A stretch of 64,000 nucleotides of DNA from an uncultured Gemmatimonadales bacterium (GTDB lineage Bacteria > Gemmatimonadota > Gemmatimonadetes > Gemmatimonadales > Gemmatimonadaceae): assembly GCA_963851265.1 (NCBI GenBank), contig CAWKNZ010000002.1, positions 1,216,001 to 1,280,000 on the forward strand. The letters are read 5' to 3'. The notes beneath the pieces were generated by a model that saw nothing but the letters and a program-made list of their open reading frames with translations, had not been told where the DNA came from and did not search any database. Positions 1-11,267 of the stretch are shown here, piece after piece; positions within the stretch are counted from its first letter, which is position 1, and each line of letters starts with the position of its first letter. The position numbers and the translations under genes were made by a program.

Positions 1-1522
1 CTCCGCGCTCCGTCGTCTGCAGGAGATCGTCAACGACAGCTCGCGCGGTCGCATTCCGCTGTCCGACGACGACATCGAGATCGCCGTCAAGAGATTCAAT
101 CGCGCGCCTAACCGTCCCGCGGTGGTACTGGCGGACGCCGGGTTCCAGCCGGTCTCGATCCTCGAGGAGCACCGGAGCGAGTTTCCGGGGCTGATCATCC
201 AGAGCACGCCGAAGCGCTGGTATCCGGACGCGGCCGCGGTGGCGCCGTTCGTGGGCTACACCGGCGAGATATCGGAGACCGAGCTGTCGTCCCCGCGCTT
301 CGACGGGTACAAGGCCGGGATGCGCGTCGGCAAGCGCGGGCTCGAGGAGCAGTACGAGCCGACGCTGCGCGGCCGAGAGGGGTATCGCTTCGTCGAGGTC
401 GACGCGCGCGGACGCGTCGTGCGCGAGGCCGGTGCCCGCGCCGACCAGGAGCCGGTGCCCGGCCCCGACCTGCAGACGAACATCGACATCGACCTGCAGC
501 GCTTCGTCATGCACTACTTCGCCGATTCGTTGCAGGGCGCGGTGGTCGCGCTCGAGCCGAAGACGGGCGGAGTCCTGGCGCTGTACTCCGGGCCGAGCTA
601 CGACCCGAATCGGTTCACCGGAGGCATCCCCAAGAGCTACTGGGATTCTCTCAACACGAATCCCAAGCGGCCGCTGTACAACAAGGCGGTGCAGGGCCGG
701 TACCCGCCCGCGTCGACGTTCAAGCTCGCGACCGCCGTTCTCGGTTTGCAGAGCGGCGTGGTGAAGCTGACCGACCACATGCCGCAACCTTGCACGGGCG
801 GGTTCACCTTCGGGCGGTACTGGCGATGCTGGAACAAGCATGGCCACGGCGATCTCAACTTGTCGCGCGCGATCGAAACGTCGTGCGACGTCTACTTCTA
901 CCAGCTCGGGCTCAAGATCGGGCTGCGCAACCTCGTCGCGGGTGGAGTCTCGCTCCGGTTCGGCGATCGGAGCGGCATCGACCTCCCCAGCGAGACCAAA
1001 CCCGAATTTCCATACGCGCTCGACTACTACCGGCGCAAGTTCCCGCGCGGGTTCGTTCCGGCTTCCGAGGCACTGAACATCGCGATCGGCCAGGGCTCGG
1101 ACGCGCAGACCGTCGTGAACATGGCGAAGTTCTACGCGGCGCTCGCGAACGACGGGACGATGCCGCAGCCGTCGCTCGTCCGGCGGGTGACGCCGCGGCA
1201 GCGAGTGTTCCAGCTTGCCGACACCGACATGGCGGGTGTGCGCAACGCACTCGCTGGCGTACTCGAGCGCGGCACCGCACGGAGTGCGCAGCTGCAGGGC
1301 GTCGCGATCGCCGGCAAGACCGGGACGGCGCAGAACCCGCCTAACCCCGATCACGCGTGGTTCGTCGGGTTCGCCCCGGCCGACGACCCGAAGATCGTCG
1401 TGGCCGTGTTCCTCGAGTACGGCCTGCACGGTGACCACGCCGCGCGCGTGGCGAGCAAGATCATCGAAGCCTACCTCAAGAAGCCGATGGTCACCTCCGA
1501 CGCCGTGGTTCAGGGCGAATGA
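1..1522 (+). CDS. mrdA: Penicillin-binding protein 2, 5'-truncated by window edge
   Basis: Frame open from position 2. Transpeptidase motifs SxxK (ASTFK), SxD (SCD) and KTG. Followed by rodA. Confidence 0.93.
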   Translation, partial: SALRRLQEIVNDSSRGRIPLSDDDIEIAVKRFNRAPNRPAVVLADAGFQPVSILEEHRSEFPGLIIQSTPKRWYPDAAAVAPFVGYTGEISETELSSPRFDGYKAGMRVGKRGLEEQYEPTLRGREGYRFVEVDARGRVVREAGARADQEPVPGPDLQTNIDIDLQRFVMHYFADSLQGAVVALEPKTGGVLALYSGPSYDPNRFTGGIPKSYWDSLNTNPKRPLYNKAVQGRYPPASTFKLATAVLGLQSGVVKLTDHMPQPCTGGFTFGRYWRCWNKHGHGDLNLSRAIETSCDVYFYQLGLKIGLRNLVAGGVSLRFGDRSGIDLPSETKPEFPYALDYYRRKFPRGFVPASEALNIAIGQGSDAQTVVNMAKFYAALANDGTMPQPSLVRRVTPRQRVFQLADTDMAGVRNALAGVLERGTARSAQLQGVAIAGKTGTAQNPPNPDHAWFVGFAPADDPKIVVAVFLEYGLHGDHAARVASKIIEAYLKKPMVTSDAVVQGE

Positions 1523-2793
1523 CGGCACGTTCGGGTGGGCTGACGGCGCGACGGGGGATCTCGGACTGGACGTTCGTCAGCCTCGGCATCCTGCTCTCGA
1601 TCTACGGGATCGCGATGGTGTACTCCGCCGGCCAGACCGACGTGCCGATCGCGGTGGTCGCGGGGGCGTGGAAGCGTCAGATGCTCTGGTTCGCGCTGTC
1701 CCTCCCCGCGGCCTACATCGTGAGCCGCGCGAGTATGCGGCTCATCGAATGGATCTCCTGGCCGGCGTACCTGTTCGGACTCTTCCTCCTCGCGGTCACG
1801 CTCGTGTTCGGCTCGGGCGCGGGAACCGCGGCGAGCGTGAAGGGGTGGCTCACGATCGGGGGCGTCCGGCTCGGTCAGCCGTCAGAGCTGGCGAAGCCGC
1901 TGACGGTACTCCTGCTCGCGCGCGTCCTCACGGAGCGGCGAGAAGACCCGAAATGGATCATGGACCTCTGGCGACCGCTGCTGGCCGTCGGCGTTCCGTG
2001 GCTGCTGATCATGCTGCAGCCGGACCTCGGCTCCGGACTCGCGTTCATCGGCATCCTGTTCGCGATGCTGTTTTGGGCGGGCGTACCGTGGCCGATGATC
2101 ATCCTGCTCGCGAGCCCCGGCGTGAGCCTGGTGCTGTCGTTCAACACGACGTTGTGGGGCGCGTGGTTCTTCGTGTTGATCGCGATCGTGTTCTACTACA
2201 AGCCGTACCTGCTGGAGGGCGTGGCCCTCATGGTCCTGAACATCGGGACGGGGCTGGCTTCGCAGCCGTTCTGGGACAAGCTGAAGCCGTATCAGCAGAA
2301 GCGCTTGATGGTGTTCCTCGATCCGCAGAACGATCCGCGCGCGTCGGGCTACCACGTGATCCAGTCGCAGGTCGCGATCGGCTCGGGCGGCTGGGTCGGC
2401 AAGGGGTGGACGCAAGGCACGCAAAAGCGACTCGCGTTCCTCCCGGCGCAGCACACCGACTTCATCTGGGCGGTCGTCGGCGAGGAGCTCGGCTTCGTTG
2501 GCGTGACGGTCGGGCTCGCGCTGTTTCTGGCGCTGCTGATGCGCGGCACGCGCATCGCGTCACGCGCCACCGACCCGTTCGCCTCACTCGCGGCGTTCGG
2601 GCTCGTGTCGATCTGGTTCGTGCACATCCTGGTGAACGTCGGCATGACGCTCAACCTGATGCCGATCACCGGAATTCCACTGCCCTTCTTCAGCTACGGC
2701 GGCTCGTCGCTGCTCATCAGCTGGTTGATGATCGGCCTGCTGGTACGCATAGCGAGCGAGGGCAGGGGGCGCACGGACGCGGTGACGGTGTAA
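1519..2793 (+). CDS. rodA: Rod shape-determining protein RodA (SEDS family)
   Basis: Multi-TM protein with QPSE, QPDLG, HTDF and GIPLPFFSYGGSS motifs. ATGA overlap with mrdA. Confidence 0.93.
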   Translation: MTARSGGLTARRGISDWTFVSLGILLSIYGIAMVYSAGQTDVPIAVVAGAWKRQMLWFALSLPAAYIVSRASMRLIEWISWPAYLFGLFLLAVTLVFGSGAGTAASVKGWLTIGGVRLGQPSELAKPLTVLLLARVLTERREDPKWIMDLWRPLLAVGVPWLLIMLQPDLGSGLAFIGILFAMLFWAGVPWPMIILLASPGVSLVLSFNTTLWGAWFFVLIAIVFYYKPYLLEGVALMVLNIGTGLASQPFWDKLKPYQQKRLMVFLDPQNDPRASGYHVIQSQVAIGSGGWVGKGWTQGTQKRLAFLPAQHTDFIWAVVGEELGFVGVTVGLALFLALLMRGTRIASRATDPFASLAAFGLVSIWFVHILVNVGMTLNLMPITGIPLPFFSYGGSSLLISWLMIGLLVRIASEGRGRTDAVTV

Positions 2794-2828
2794 CGCAGAC
2801 GCCGCTCTCGATCGGCTTAGATTGTGGT

Positions 2829-3689
2829 ATGGCTTGGTTCAGGAAAGAGAAGAAACCGCGGCTCCCGCAGCGCGAACGGCTCGAAATTCCGCCGGATGCG
2901 TGGGAGAAGTGCGAGGCGTGCGGCCACACGGACCTGCGGGAAAAGTTCGTGCGGAACCTCAACGTGTGCCCGAACTGCGACTACCATCGTCGCATCCGCG
3001 CGCTCGACTACTGCAACATCCTGCTCGACGAGGGATGGTCGGAAACCGAGACGTCGCTGCGCTCCGCCGACCCGCTCGGGTTCCCCGAGTACCAGGCGCG
3101 GCTCGCGAAGGCGCAGACCAAGGTCGGTGAGTCCGACGCGATCCTGACGGCGACGGGCACGGTCGGCGATATCCCGGTCAACCTCGGCGTGATGGACTTC
3201 GCCTTCATGGGCGGCTCGATGGGATCGGTCGTCGGCGAGAAGATCGCCCGCGCGGGGCAGCGCGCGCTCGAGAAGAAGCAGCCGCTCATCATCGTGTCCA
3301 CGTCGGGCGGCGCACGCATGCAGGAAGGTGTGCTGTCGCTCATGCAGATGGCGAAGGCGGCCGCCGTGCTGTCGCAACTGGCCGAACGGCGCATTCCGTA
3401 CGTGTCGCTGCTGACCAATCCGACCACGGGTGGCGTGAGCGCGAGCTACGCGATGCTCGGCGACCTCATTCTCGCCGAGCCGGGCGCGGTGATCGGGTTC
3501 GCGGGGCCGCGCGTGATCAAGCAGACTCTCGGGCAGGACCTGCCGGAGGGCTTTCAGACGGCGGAGTTCCTCCTCGAGCACGGGATGCTCGACGCGGTGG
3601 TGCATCGCCGGCAACTCAAAGGCACGATCGGGCAGATGTTGCGACATATGACCGGCAAGCCCGCGGCCGCGGGCTACGCGGCAGACTGA
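2829..3689 (+). CDS. accD: Acetyl-CoA carboxylase carboxyltransferase beta subunit
   Basis: C4 Zn finger (CEAC...CPNC), GGSMGSVVGEK, SGGARMQEG, PTTGGVSAS. Start set at ATG 2829 inside the longer ORF. Confidence 0.95.
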   Translation: MAWFRKEKKPRLPQRERLEIPPDAWEKCEACGHTDLREKFVRNLNVCPNCDYHRRIRALDYCNILLDEGWSETETSLRSADPLGFPEYQARLAKAQTKVGESDAILTATGTVGDIPVNLGVMDFAFMGGSMGSVVGEKIARAGQRALEKKQPLIIVSTSGGARMQEGVLSLMQMAKAAAVLSQLAERRIPYVSLLTNPTTGGVSASYAMLGDLILAEPGAVIGFAGPRVIKQTLGQDLPEGFQTAEFLLEHGMLDAVVHRRQLKGTIGQMLRHMTGKPAAAGYAAD

Positions 3690-3703
3690 CCGCGGCATCA
3701 GCC

Positions 3704-4996
3704 GTGAGCGCGTACCGGGCCACGCTCGATGCCCTGTTCGCGCGCACCGGCGGCGCGAGCCGGTACGGCCTCGAGCGCGTGCACGCGCTGCTCGCGACTC
3801 TCGGCGATCCCCACCAGCGGTACCCGGTCTTTCACGTCGCCGGGACGAACGGGAAGGGGAGCACGGTCGCGCTGCTCACCGCGCTGCTTCGCGCGCAGGG
3901 GTTGCGAGTCGGTACGTACACGTCGCCGCACCTGGTCGACTTCCGCGAGCGCGTCGTCGTCGACGGTCGTGCGATTGCGGAGCACGAGGTGCTCGACTTC
4001 CTCGCGCGCTCCGACGCGGACGGCGTGGCGCTTGGCGCGACGTTCTTCGAGGTCACGACGGCGCTCGCCTTCGACCACTTCGCGCGCGAGCGTGTCGACG
4101 TCGCGGTGATCGAGACCGGACTCGGCGGCCGGCTCGATGCGACGAACGTCGTGACGCCGGTGGTCGCCGGCGTGACCGAGATCGGGCTCGACCACACCGA
4201 GTTGCTCGGGACGACGATCGGCGCGATCGCGCTCGAAAAGGCGGGGATCTACAAGGCCGGGATGCCGGCCGTCGTGGGCGCGTGGGGTGCCGACGCGCGC
4301 GACGTGCTGAGTGCACGGGCGCGCGCACTCGGTGCCGATCCGGTTCGCGTCGTGGCGGACGAGTGCCGGCTCTCGGACGTGCAGGTTGGCGCTGACGGGA
4401 CGCGGTTCGTGCTGCGCCACGCCGGAGTCGAGCGCGCGTTGCGCGTCCCGCTGCGTGGGGCGTTCCAGCCGCGCAACGCCGCGACCGCGTTGACGATGCT
4501 CGATGCCGCCGGGCCCGCGTACGCGCTGGACGCCGAGGCCGTCGACGCGGCGCTGGCGCGCGTGCGCCTACCCGGGCGCGCGGATCGGCGCGGGCGGTGG
4601 CTGTTCGACGTCGCGCACAACCCCGACGGGGCGCTCGCGCTCCGCGACACCGTCGACGCGCTGTCGACGGACGGTTTCGGATTACCCCGACCGATCACGG
4701 CGCTCGTCGGCGTCCTCGCCGACAAGGATTGGCGGGGCGTGTTGGACGCGCTCGCGCCGGTCGTCGACACGTTCGTGCTCTCGACGCCCCCGACCGCGCC
4801 GGCGGGCCGCGTGTGGGATCTGCGCGAGGTTGGTGCGCACGTCGCCGCGCGCGGGTACGTGGCGGAGATCGAACCGGACTTCGATCGCGCCCTCGCCGTG
4901 GTCGACGCTCGCCCCGGGACGGCGCTGGTGACGGGCTCGTTCCACACCGTCGGCGACGCGATGGCGCGCTTGCAGGCGGATCCGCTGGCCGCGTAG
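3704..4996 (+). CDS. folC: Folylpolyglutamate synthase / dihydrofolate synthase
   Basis: HVAGTNGKGS, YTSPHL, ETGLGGRLDATN, DVAHNPDG, TGSF. accD-folC linkage. Confidence 0.95.
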   Translation: MSAYRATLDALFARTGGASRYGLERVHALLATLGDPHQRYPVFHVAGTNGKGSTVALLTALLRAQGLRVGTYTSPHLVDFRERVVVDGRAIAEHEVLDFLARSDADGVALGATFFEVTTALAFDHFARERVDVAVIETGLGGRLDATNVVTPVVAGVTEIGLDHTELLGTTIGAIALEKAGIYKAGMPAVVGAWGADARDVLSARARALGADPVRVVADECRLSDVQVGADGTRFVLRHAGVERALRVPLRGAFQPRNAATALTMLDAAGPAYALDAEAVDAALARVRLPGRADRRGRWLFDVAHNPDGALALRDTVDALSTDGFGLPRPITALVGVLADKDWRGVLDALAPVVDTFVLSTPPTAPAGRVWDLREVGAHVAARGYVAEIEPDFDRALAVVDARPGTALVTGSFHTVGDAMARLQADPLAA

Positions 4997-5005
4997 CTTA
5001 GCCTG

Positions 5006-6370
5006 ATGTCCGCCAAGCCGCTCCCGGGATTTCGCGACTTCTACCCGCAGGAGTTCGCCGAGCGCGCGTACATCTTCCGCGTGTGGCGCGAGGTCGCGGC
5101 GCGGTACGGCTTCGTGGAGTACGACGGGCCGCCGTTGGAGCCGCTCGATCTGTACACGCGCAAGAGCGGCGACGAGATCGTCACGCAGCTCTACAACTTC
5201 ACGGACAAGGGCGGCCGCGACGTCGCGTTGCGCCCCGAGATGACGCCGACGTTCGCGCGGCTCGTCGGCGCGAAGGCGAACGCGCTGCGCAAGCCTGTGC
5301 GCTGGTTCTCGATTCCGCAGCTGTTCCGGTACGAGCGGCAGCAGCGGGGACGGCTCCGCGAGCACTTCCAGCTCAACGTCGACCTCGTGGGCGAGGCCGA
5401 CGTGACGGCGGACTCGGAGCTGCTCTCGGTCGCGGTGGACATCATGCGCGGCTTCGGCCTGACGCACGAGGACGTGCGGGCGCGCGTGAGCGACCGCCGG
5501 CTGCTCGCGGCGCTGCTGCGCGGCATCGGCCTAACGGACGAACAGCTTCCCGCGGCGTACGCCGCCGTGGACAAGGTCGAACGCGACCCGCGCGACGTGC
5601 TCGTCGAACGGCTGACCGCGGCCGGCGTCGGCGCCGAGGCCGCCGGGCGCGTGCTCGACCTCGCGCGCGCCACGACCGTCGACGCGTTGCGCGCCGAGCA
5701 CGGCGCCGACCCCGCGGTGACCGAGGCGCTCGACCGCATGGCGCGGTACGTCGAGTACTGCGACGCGCTCGGCATCGCCGAGTGGGTATCGATCGACCTG
5801 TCGATCGTGCGCGGGCTGGCGTACTACACGGGCGTGGTGTTCGAGCTGTTCGACGCGAAGGGCGAGTTCCGGGCGATCTGTGGCGGCGGCCGCTACGACG
5901 CGCTGTTAGGCGCCCTCGGCGGTGCGGAGATGCCGGCGCTCGGCTTCGGGATGGGCGACGTCGTGCTGGGCGAGCTGCTCCGAGATCGGAAGCTGATGCC
6001 CGCGGCCGAGCCCGCACTCGACTACTGGGTCGAGGTCGATCCCGCGGCGCCGGATGCCCAGCCACGCGCGATGGCGCTCGCGACGCGACTGCGTGCGCGG
6101 TGGCGCGCGCGTCGAGTATCCGCTCCGGCGCGCAGGCGGTCGGCAAACAGACAGAAGGCGGCGTTCGCACGCCGGCGCTTGCCGCATCGTTCGCGCGCTC
6201 GGGCCGAACGACTCGGCGCGATGAGTACGAGATCGAAGTCCTCGCCGACGGCGCGCGCACGAAGTCGTGCGCGGCGATGCCTGGATATCCGAGCCGTCCG
6301 GCGAACCCGCTCGCGCGACGACCGACGAACACTCGCAAACCGAACTGCATGGCCGACGACAAGAAGCTGA
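5006..6370 (+). CDS. hisS: Histidine-tRNA ligase; 3' end disturbed by apparent single-base insertions, true stop uncertain
   Basis: [36 protein letters not shown]. Anticodon-binding motif is spread over three frames after 6100. Confidence 0.9.
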   Translation: MSAKPLPGFRDFYPQEFAERAYIFRVWREVAARYGFVEYDGPPLEPLDLYTRKSGDEIVTQLYNFTDKGGRDVALRPEMTPTFARLVGAKANALRKPVRWFSIPQLFRYERQQRGRLREHFQLNVDLVGEADVTADSELLSVAVDIMRGFGLTHEDVRARVSDRRLLAALLRGIGLTDEQLPAAYAAVDKVERDPRDVLVERLTAAGVGAEAAGRVLDLARATTVDALRAEHGADPAVTEALDRMARYVEYCDALGIAEWVSIDLSIVRGLAYYTGVVFELFDAKGEFRAICGGGRYDALLGALGGAEMPALGFGMGDVVLGELLRDRKLMPAAEPALDYWVEVDPAAPDAQPRAMALATRLRARWRARRVSAPARRRSANRQKAAFARRRLPHRSRARAERLGAMSTRSKSSPTARARSRARRCLDIRAVRRTRSRDDRRTLANRTAWPTTRS

Positions 6371-7815
6371 CCACCCGCGCCGCCGACTTCAGCGCCTGGT
6401 ACAACGAACTGGTCGTGCGGGCGGAGCTCGCCGACTACGCGCCGGTGCGCGGCTGCATGGTCATCCGACCCAACGGCTACGGGATCTGGGAGCGCATGCA
6501 GCGCGCGCTCGACGACATGTTCAAGGAGACGGGGCACGTCAACGCGTACTTCCCGCTCTTCATCCCGCAGAGCTTCCTCAGCAAGGAGGCGCAGCACGTC
6601 GAGGGCTTCGCGCCCGAGACGGCGGTGGTCACGCACGGCGGCGGGAAGGAGCTGGAGGAGCCGCTCGTCGTCCGGCCCACGTCGGAGACCATCATCTACT
6701 CGATGTTCTCGAAGTGGGTGCAGAGTTACCGCGACCTGCCGCTGCTCTACAACCAGTGGGCGAACGTCGTGCGCTGGGAGATGCGCACGCGGCTGTTCCT
6801 GCGGACGCTCGAGTTCCTGTGGCAGGAGGGGCACACCGCGCACGCCACGCACGACGAGGCGGAAGAGGAGGCGCGGAAGATGCTCGGTGTGTACCGCGAC
6901 TTCATGGAAGGGTGGATCGCGATGCCCGTGGTCACCGGGCAGAAGACCGAGAGCGAGAAGTTCGCGGGCGCGCTGCGCACGTATAGCTGTGAGGCGATGA
7001 TGCAGGACGGGCGCGCGCTGCAGGCGGGCACGTCGCACAACCTCGGGCAGAACTTCGCGAAGGCGTTCGACCTCACGTTCCAGAGCGAGGCCGGCACCGT
7101 CGAGCATGCGTGGAACACGAGCTGGGGCGTGTCGACGCGGATGGTCGGCGGCCTCATCATGACCCACTCGGACGACAACGGCCTCCAAACGCCGCCGCTG
7201 CTCGCGCCAATCGAGCTCGTCATCGTGCCGATCTATCGGACCGACGAGGACCGCGCGCGCGTGGTCGAGGCGGCCGAACGGATACGGCGGGCACTCGCCG
7301 ACTGGGAGCGGCGCGACCCCAATCGCTTACGTGTGCACGTCGACGTACGGGAGGGCCTCAAGCCCGGCGCGAAGTACTACCACTGGGAACTGCGGGGCAT
7401 CCCCGTCCGCATGGAACTCGGGCCCCGCGACCTCGATGCGAATCAGGCGGTGCTCGTCCGGCGGGATACGCGTGCGAAGAAGACCGTCTCGCTCGACGCG
7501 ATCGGCGAAGAAGTCGAGGAGCTGCTCGAGACCATCCAGAACGACATGCTCGCGGCGGCCCGCGCGCGTCTCGACGCGCGCTCGTATCGCGGCGTGACGA
7601 GCTACGACCAGTTCAAGGAGATCGTCGAGGCGGGTGGGTTCGTGTACGCCGGCTGGAACGGCGACCCGGCGGTCGAGGCGCGCGTGAAGGAGGAGACCAA
7701 GGCCACCATCCGCGTGATCCCGGACGAGGAGTTCCGGAGCGCCGAAGCGCCGACGCGCTGCCTGGTCACCGGGGAGCCGGCGCGGCACGAGGTGCTGTGG
7801 GCGCGGGCGTACTAG
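6349..7815 (+). CDS. proS: Proline-tRNA ligase, eukaryote/archaea-like type
   Basis: [46 protein letters not shown]-terminal ...ARAY. ATG 6349. Confidence 0.95.
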   Translation: MADDKKLTTRAADFSAWYNELVVRAELADYAPVRGCMVIRPNGYGIWERMQRALDDMFKETGHVNAYFPLFIPQSFLSKEAQHVEGFAPETAVVTHGGGKELEEPLVVRPTSETIIYSMFSKWVQSYRDLPLLYNQWANVVRWEMRTRLFLRTLEFLWQEGHTAHATHDEAEEEARKMLGVYRDFMEGWIAMPVVTGQKTESEKFAGALRTYSCEAMMQDGRALQAGTSHNLGQNFAKAFDLTFQSEAGTVEHAWNTSWGVSTRMVGGLIMTHSDDNGLQTPPLLAPIELVIVPIYRTDEDRARVVEAAERIRRALADWERRDPNRLRVHVDVREGLKPGAKYYHWELRGIPVRMELGPRDLDANQAVLVRRDTRAKKTVSLDAIGEEVEELLETIQNDMLAAARARLDARSYRGVTSYDQFKEIVEAGGFVYAGWNGDPAVEARVKEETKATIRVIPDEEFRSAEAPTRCLVTGEPARHEVLWARAY

Positions 7816-9101
7816 CGCCGCGCGACGCGGCGGTCGCGGACGCGCCGGCCGCGTTCGCGCACCTGGACGGCGTCCTCCACGCCGGCGGAGTGTCGCTCCC
7901 CGCGATCGCCGACGCGGTCGGGACGCCGACGTACGTGTACGACGTCGCGACCGTGCGGGCGCAGTACGCGCGGCTCGTGCGCGCGTTCGCCGGCGTTCCG
8001 CACCGAATCCACTACAGCGTGAAGGCCAACTCCAACCTGTCGATCCTCCGCGAATTCCAGGCGTTAGGCGCGGGGGTGGACGTGGTGTCGGGGGGCGAAC
8101 TGTTCCGCGCGCGCGAGGCCGGGTTCGGGCGGGGCGACGTGGTGTTCAGCGGCGTCGGAAAGACGGCGCGCGAGCTCGGCGAGGCGCTCGACGCCGGCGT
8201 GCTGTTCGTCAACGTCGAGAGCGAGGGCGAACTGCTGCTGCTCGACGCGGTCGCGGCGGATCGCCGCGTCGTCGCGCCGCTCGCGCTACGCGTAAACCCC
8301 GAAGTCAGCGTGGACAGCCCGCACGAGTACATCCGGACCGGCGAAAAGGGGCACAAGTTCGGCATTCCGTTCGACGAGGTGCCCGCCGCGGCGGAGCTTG
8401 CCCGCTCGCTCGACCACGTGCGGCTCGTCGGATTGGACATGCACATCGGGTCGCAACTGGCGACCTTCGACCCGTACGGCGCCGCTCTCCTACGCGTGAT
8501 CGGGTTGCTGACACGCCTGCGCGCGGACGGGGCCGACACGATCGAGTACCTCGACATCGGCGGCGGCCTCGCCGTCACGTATCGGGACGAGCCGGCGGCC
8601 GACGTCGACCGTTTCGCCCGCGGCGTCAGGGACGCGATTCGCGGGCTCGGCGTCTCACTGGTGCTCGAACCGGGGCGCTTCCTCGTCGCCGAGTCTGGCG
8701 TGCTGCTCGCGCGCGTGCTCTACCGCAAGCGGAGCGGCGGCAAGGAATACGTGATCACCGACGCCGGAATGAACGACCTCGTGCGGCCGTCGCACTACGA
8801 CGCGTACCATGCCATCACGCCCGTGGTCCCGCGCGGCGGCCGCGTGCTCGCCGACGTCGTCGGACCGGTGTGCGAGAGCGGAGACTTTCTCGCGCTCGAC
8901 CGCGAACTCGACGACGTGCGGCCCGGGGACCTCCTCGCCGTGCACACGGCCGGAGCCTACGGTTTCGCGATGTCGTCCAACTACAACTCGCGCCCGCGCG
9001 CGGCGGAGGTCGTCGTCGACGGCGGCGCGTGGCGCGTCGTGACGACGCGCGAGTCGTACGAGGACCTCGTGCGGCACGAGCGGGACGGAGGTGCGCCGTG
9101 A
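7797..9101 (+). CDS. lysA: Diaminopimelate decarboxylase
   Basis: YSVKAN (PLP Lys), [38 protein letters not shown] 7797 after GAGGTG; start approximate. Confidence 0.93.
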   Translation: MGAGVLAPRDAAVADAPAAFAHLDGVLHAGGVSLPAIADAVGTPTYVYDVATVRAQYARLVRAFAGVPHRIHYSVKANSNLSILREFQALGAGVDVVSGGELFRAREAGFGRGDVVFSGVGKTARELGEALDAGVLFVNVESEGELLLLDAVAADRRVVAPLALRVNPEVSVDSPHEYIRTGEKGHKFGIPFDEVPAAAELARSLDHVRLVGLDMHIGSQLATFDPYGAALLRVIGLLTRLRADGADTIEYLDIGGGLAVTYRDEPAADVDRFARGVRDAIRGLGVSLVLEPGRFLVAESGVLLARVLYRKRSGGKEYVITDAGMNDLVRPSHYDAYHAITPVVPRGGRVLADVVGPVCESGDFLALDRELDDVRPGDLLAVHTAGAYGFAMSSNYNSRPRAAEVVVDGGAWRVVTTRESYEDLVRHERDGGAP

Positions 9102-9607
9102 AGGTCGGGCTGATCAGCGACACGCACGACCGGGTGCCGGCCGTGGAGGCGCTCGTCTCGCGGATGGCCGCGGCCGGTGCCGAGTTCGTGCTGCACGCGG
9201 GCGACTACTGCGCCCCGTTCTCGCTCGCGCCGTTCCGCACCGCGGGGCTGCCGCTGCTCGGCGTGTTCGGCCGGAACGATGGCGACCGCGACGGACTACG
9301 TGCGATGGCCGCGGCGCTCCCGGCGGGTGGCGAGCTGTTCGAGTCGCCGCACTCCCTCGAGTTGGGCGGCCGGTCGCTACTGCTGGTCCACGACCTCGGG
9401 GACGCGCTCGCGCGCTCGGTCGAGGGCCACGCGGTCGTGATCCACGGGTGTTCGCACCGCGCCGAAGTGCGCCAGCGCGGCTCGACTCTCGTGGTGAACC
9501 CCGGCGAGGGGTGCGGGTGGCTGACGGGGACGTGCACCGCGATGGTGCTCGACCTCGACGCGCTCACGGTGGAGCGGCTCGCGCTCGACCTTCCGCGTAC
9601 GGCCTGA
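9098..9607 (+). CDS. YfcE/MJ0936-family metallophosphoesterase
   Basis: ISDTHD, HAGD, GRND, HGCSH, NPGE motifs. GTGA overlap with lysA. Confidence 0.85.
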   Translation: MKVGLISDTHDRVPAVEALVSRMAAAGAEFVLHAGDYCAPFSLAPFRTAGLPLLGVFGRNDGDRDGLRAMAAALPAGGELFESPHSLELGGRSLLLVHDLGDALARSVEGHAVVIHGCSHRAEVRQRGSTLVVNPGEGCGWLTGTCTAMVLDLDALTVERLALDLPRTA

Positions 9608-9633
9608 CGTACGGCCTGACGTACGGCCTGACG
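9596..9633. repeat. Perfect 12-bp tandem repeat (CGTACGGCCTGA)x3 containing the phosphoesterase stop codon
   Basis: Units at 9596-9607, 9608-9619 and 9620-9631, plus CG. Confidence 0.9.
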
Positions 9634-9698
9634 GGTTCGCGGTCGCCGCGCTCGGGAGGCCGGCGTGCCGGCGTCTTTCGTCTTCTATCTCCACGATC

Positions 9699-11243
9699 GT
9701 GTCCAGCCGCATCCTCATCCTCGACTACGGGTCGCAGTACACGCAACTGATCGCGCGCCGCGTGCGCGAGGCGCGCGTCTACTCCGAGATTCACCCGCCG
9801 ACGCGCACGATCGAGTGGATCCGGGACTGGGCGCCGACGGGAATCATCCTGTCAGGCGGCCCCAACTCGGTGTACGGTGAGAACGTCCCGACCGCGGACC
9901 CCGCGCTGCTCGACGTCGCGCCGATCCTCGGCATCTGCTACGGGATGCAACTCGTCGCGCACCTCTCGCGCGGTGCGGTCACGCGCGGCGGGCGGCGCGA
10001 GTACGGCCGCGCGGAGATGCGCGTCGACGAACCCGCCGGACTCTTCGCCGGATTCGACGCCGGCGAGACCGCGACGGTGTGGATGAGCCACGGGGATCAC
10101 GTCGACGTGGTGCCCGAGGGCTACGTCGTCACGGCCAGCAGCGCGACGAACCCGATCGCTGCGATGCGCCACGTCGCGAAGCCGATCCACTGCGTGCAGT
10201 TCCACCCCGAGGTCGCGCATACGCCGCGCGGCACCGAGCTCATCGCCAACTTCCTCTTCGCCGTGTGCGGGGCGGACGCGACGTGGACGCCGGGCGCGTT
10301 CGTTGCCGAGGAGGTCGAGCGCGTGCGCGGGCGCGTCGGCGCGTCGCGCGTGATCTGCGGACTCTCCGGCGGCGTGGACTCGGCCGTCGCCGCGGCGCTC
10401 GTGCACCGTGCTGTCGGCGACCAGCTCACCTGCATCTTCGTCGACACGGGACTGCTGCGGCGGCACGAGCGCGATCAGGTCGAGCGCACGTTCCGCCAGC
10501 ACATGCACGTGGATCTTCGCGTCGTCGACGCGTCGGAGCGCTTCCTTACCGCGTTGGCGGGCGTCGACGACCCGGAGCAGAAGCGCAAGATCATCGGGCA
10601 CACGTTCATCGACGTGTTCGAGGATGCCGCTGCGTCGGTCGGCACCGACGTCCGATTCCTCGTGCAGGGAACGCTGTATCCCGACGTGATCGAGAGCGCG
10701 TCACCGACGGGCGGCGCGAGCGTGACGATCAAGACGCATCACAACGTGGGGGGCCTCAAGCCCGACATGCAGTTCCAGCTCATCGAGCCCTTGCGCGAGC
10801 TGTTCAAGGACGAGGTGCGGAACGTCGGGCGTGAGCTCGGGCTTCCCGAGGAGATGGTAGGACGGCACCCGTTCCCCGGGCCGGGCCTCGCCATCCGCGT
10901 GCTCGGCGCGGTCACGCCCGCGCAGCTGGAGGTGCTCCGCGCGGCCGACGCGATCTACCTCGAGGAGATCCGCGCCGCAGGACTGTACGACGAGATCTGG
11001 CAGGCGTTCGCGGTGCTCCTCCCCGTGCGGAGCGTCGGCGTGATGGGGGACGAGCGAACGTACGACTACGTGCTCGCGCTGCGCGCCGTGACGAGTACGG
11101 ACGGGATGACGGCCGACTGGTATCCGATGCCCCACGACGTGCTCGCGCGCATGTCCAATCGGATCATCAACGAGGTGGACGGCGTCAACCGCGTCGCGTA
11201 CGACGTCAGCTCCAAGCCGCCCGCCACGATCGAGTGGGAGTGA
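9699..11243 (+). CDS. guaA: GMP synthase (glutamine-hydrolysing)
   Basis: [44 protein letters not shown]. Confidence 0.97.
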   Translation: MSSRILILDYGSQYTQLIARRVREARVYSEIHPPTRTIEWIRDWAPTGIILSGGPNSVYGENVPTADPALLDVAPILGICYGMQLVAHLSRGAVTRGGRREYGRAEMRVDEPAGLFAGFDAGETATVWMSHGDHVDVVPEGYVVTASSATNPIAAMRHVAKPIHCVQFHPEVAHTPRGTELIANFLFAVCGADATWTPGAFVAEEVERVRGRVGASRVICGLSGGVDSAVAAALVHRAVGDQLTCIFVDTGLLRRHERDQVERTFRQHMHVDLRVVDASERFLTALAGVDDPEQKRKIIGHTFIDVFEDAAASVGTDVRFLVQGTLYPDVIESASPTGGASVTIKTHHNVGGLKPDMQFQLIEPLRELFKDEVRNVGRELGLPEEMVGRHPFPGPGLAIRVLGAVTPAQLEVLRAADAIYLEEIRAAGLYDEIWQAFAVLLPVRSVGVMGDERTYDYVLALRAVTSTDGMTADWYPMPHDVLARMSNRIINEVDGVNRVAYDVSSKPPATIEWE

Positions 11244-11267
11244 GGCCGTGCGGGCGGCGCGGCTGCG

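Noticed and set aside
1215..2828. Long apparent N-terminal extensions of accD, proS, lysA, purB, trpA, panB and others in the ORF track
   Set aside because: They run through the preceding gene in another frame; starts were reassigned to stop/start overlaps or the nearest plausible codon.
9596..9633. CRISPR-like interpretation of the 12-bp repeat
   Set aside because: No spacers, unit too short, and no cas genes.
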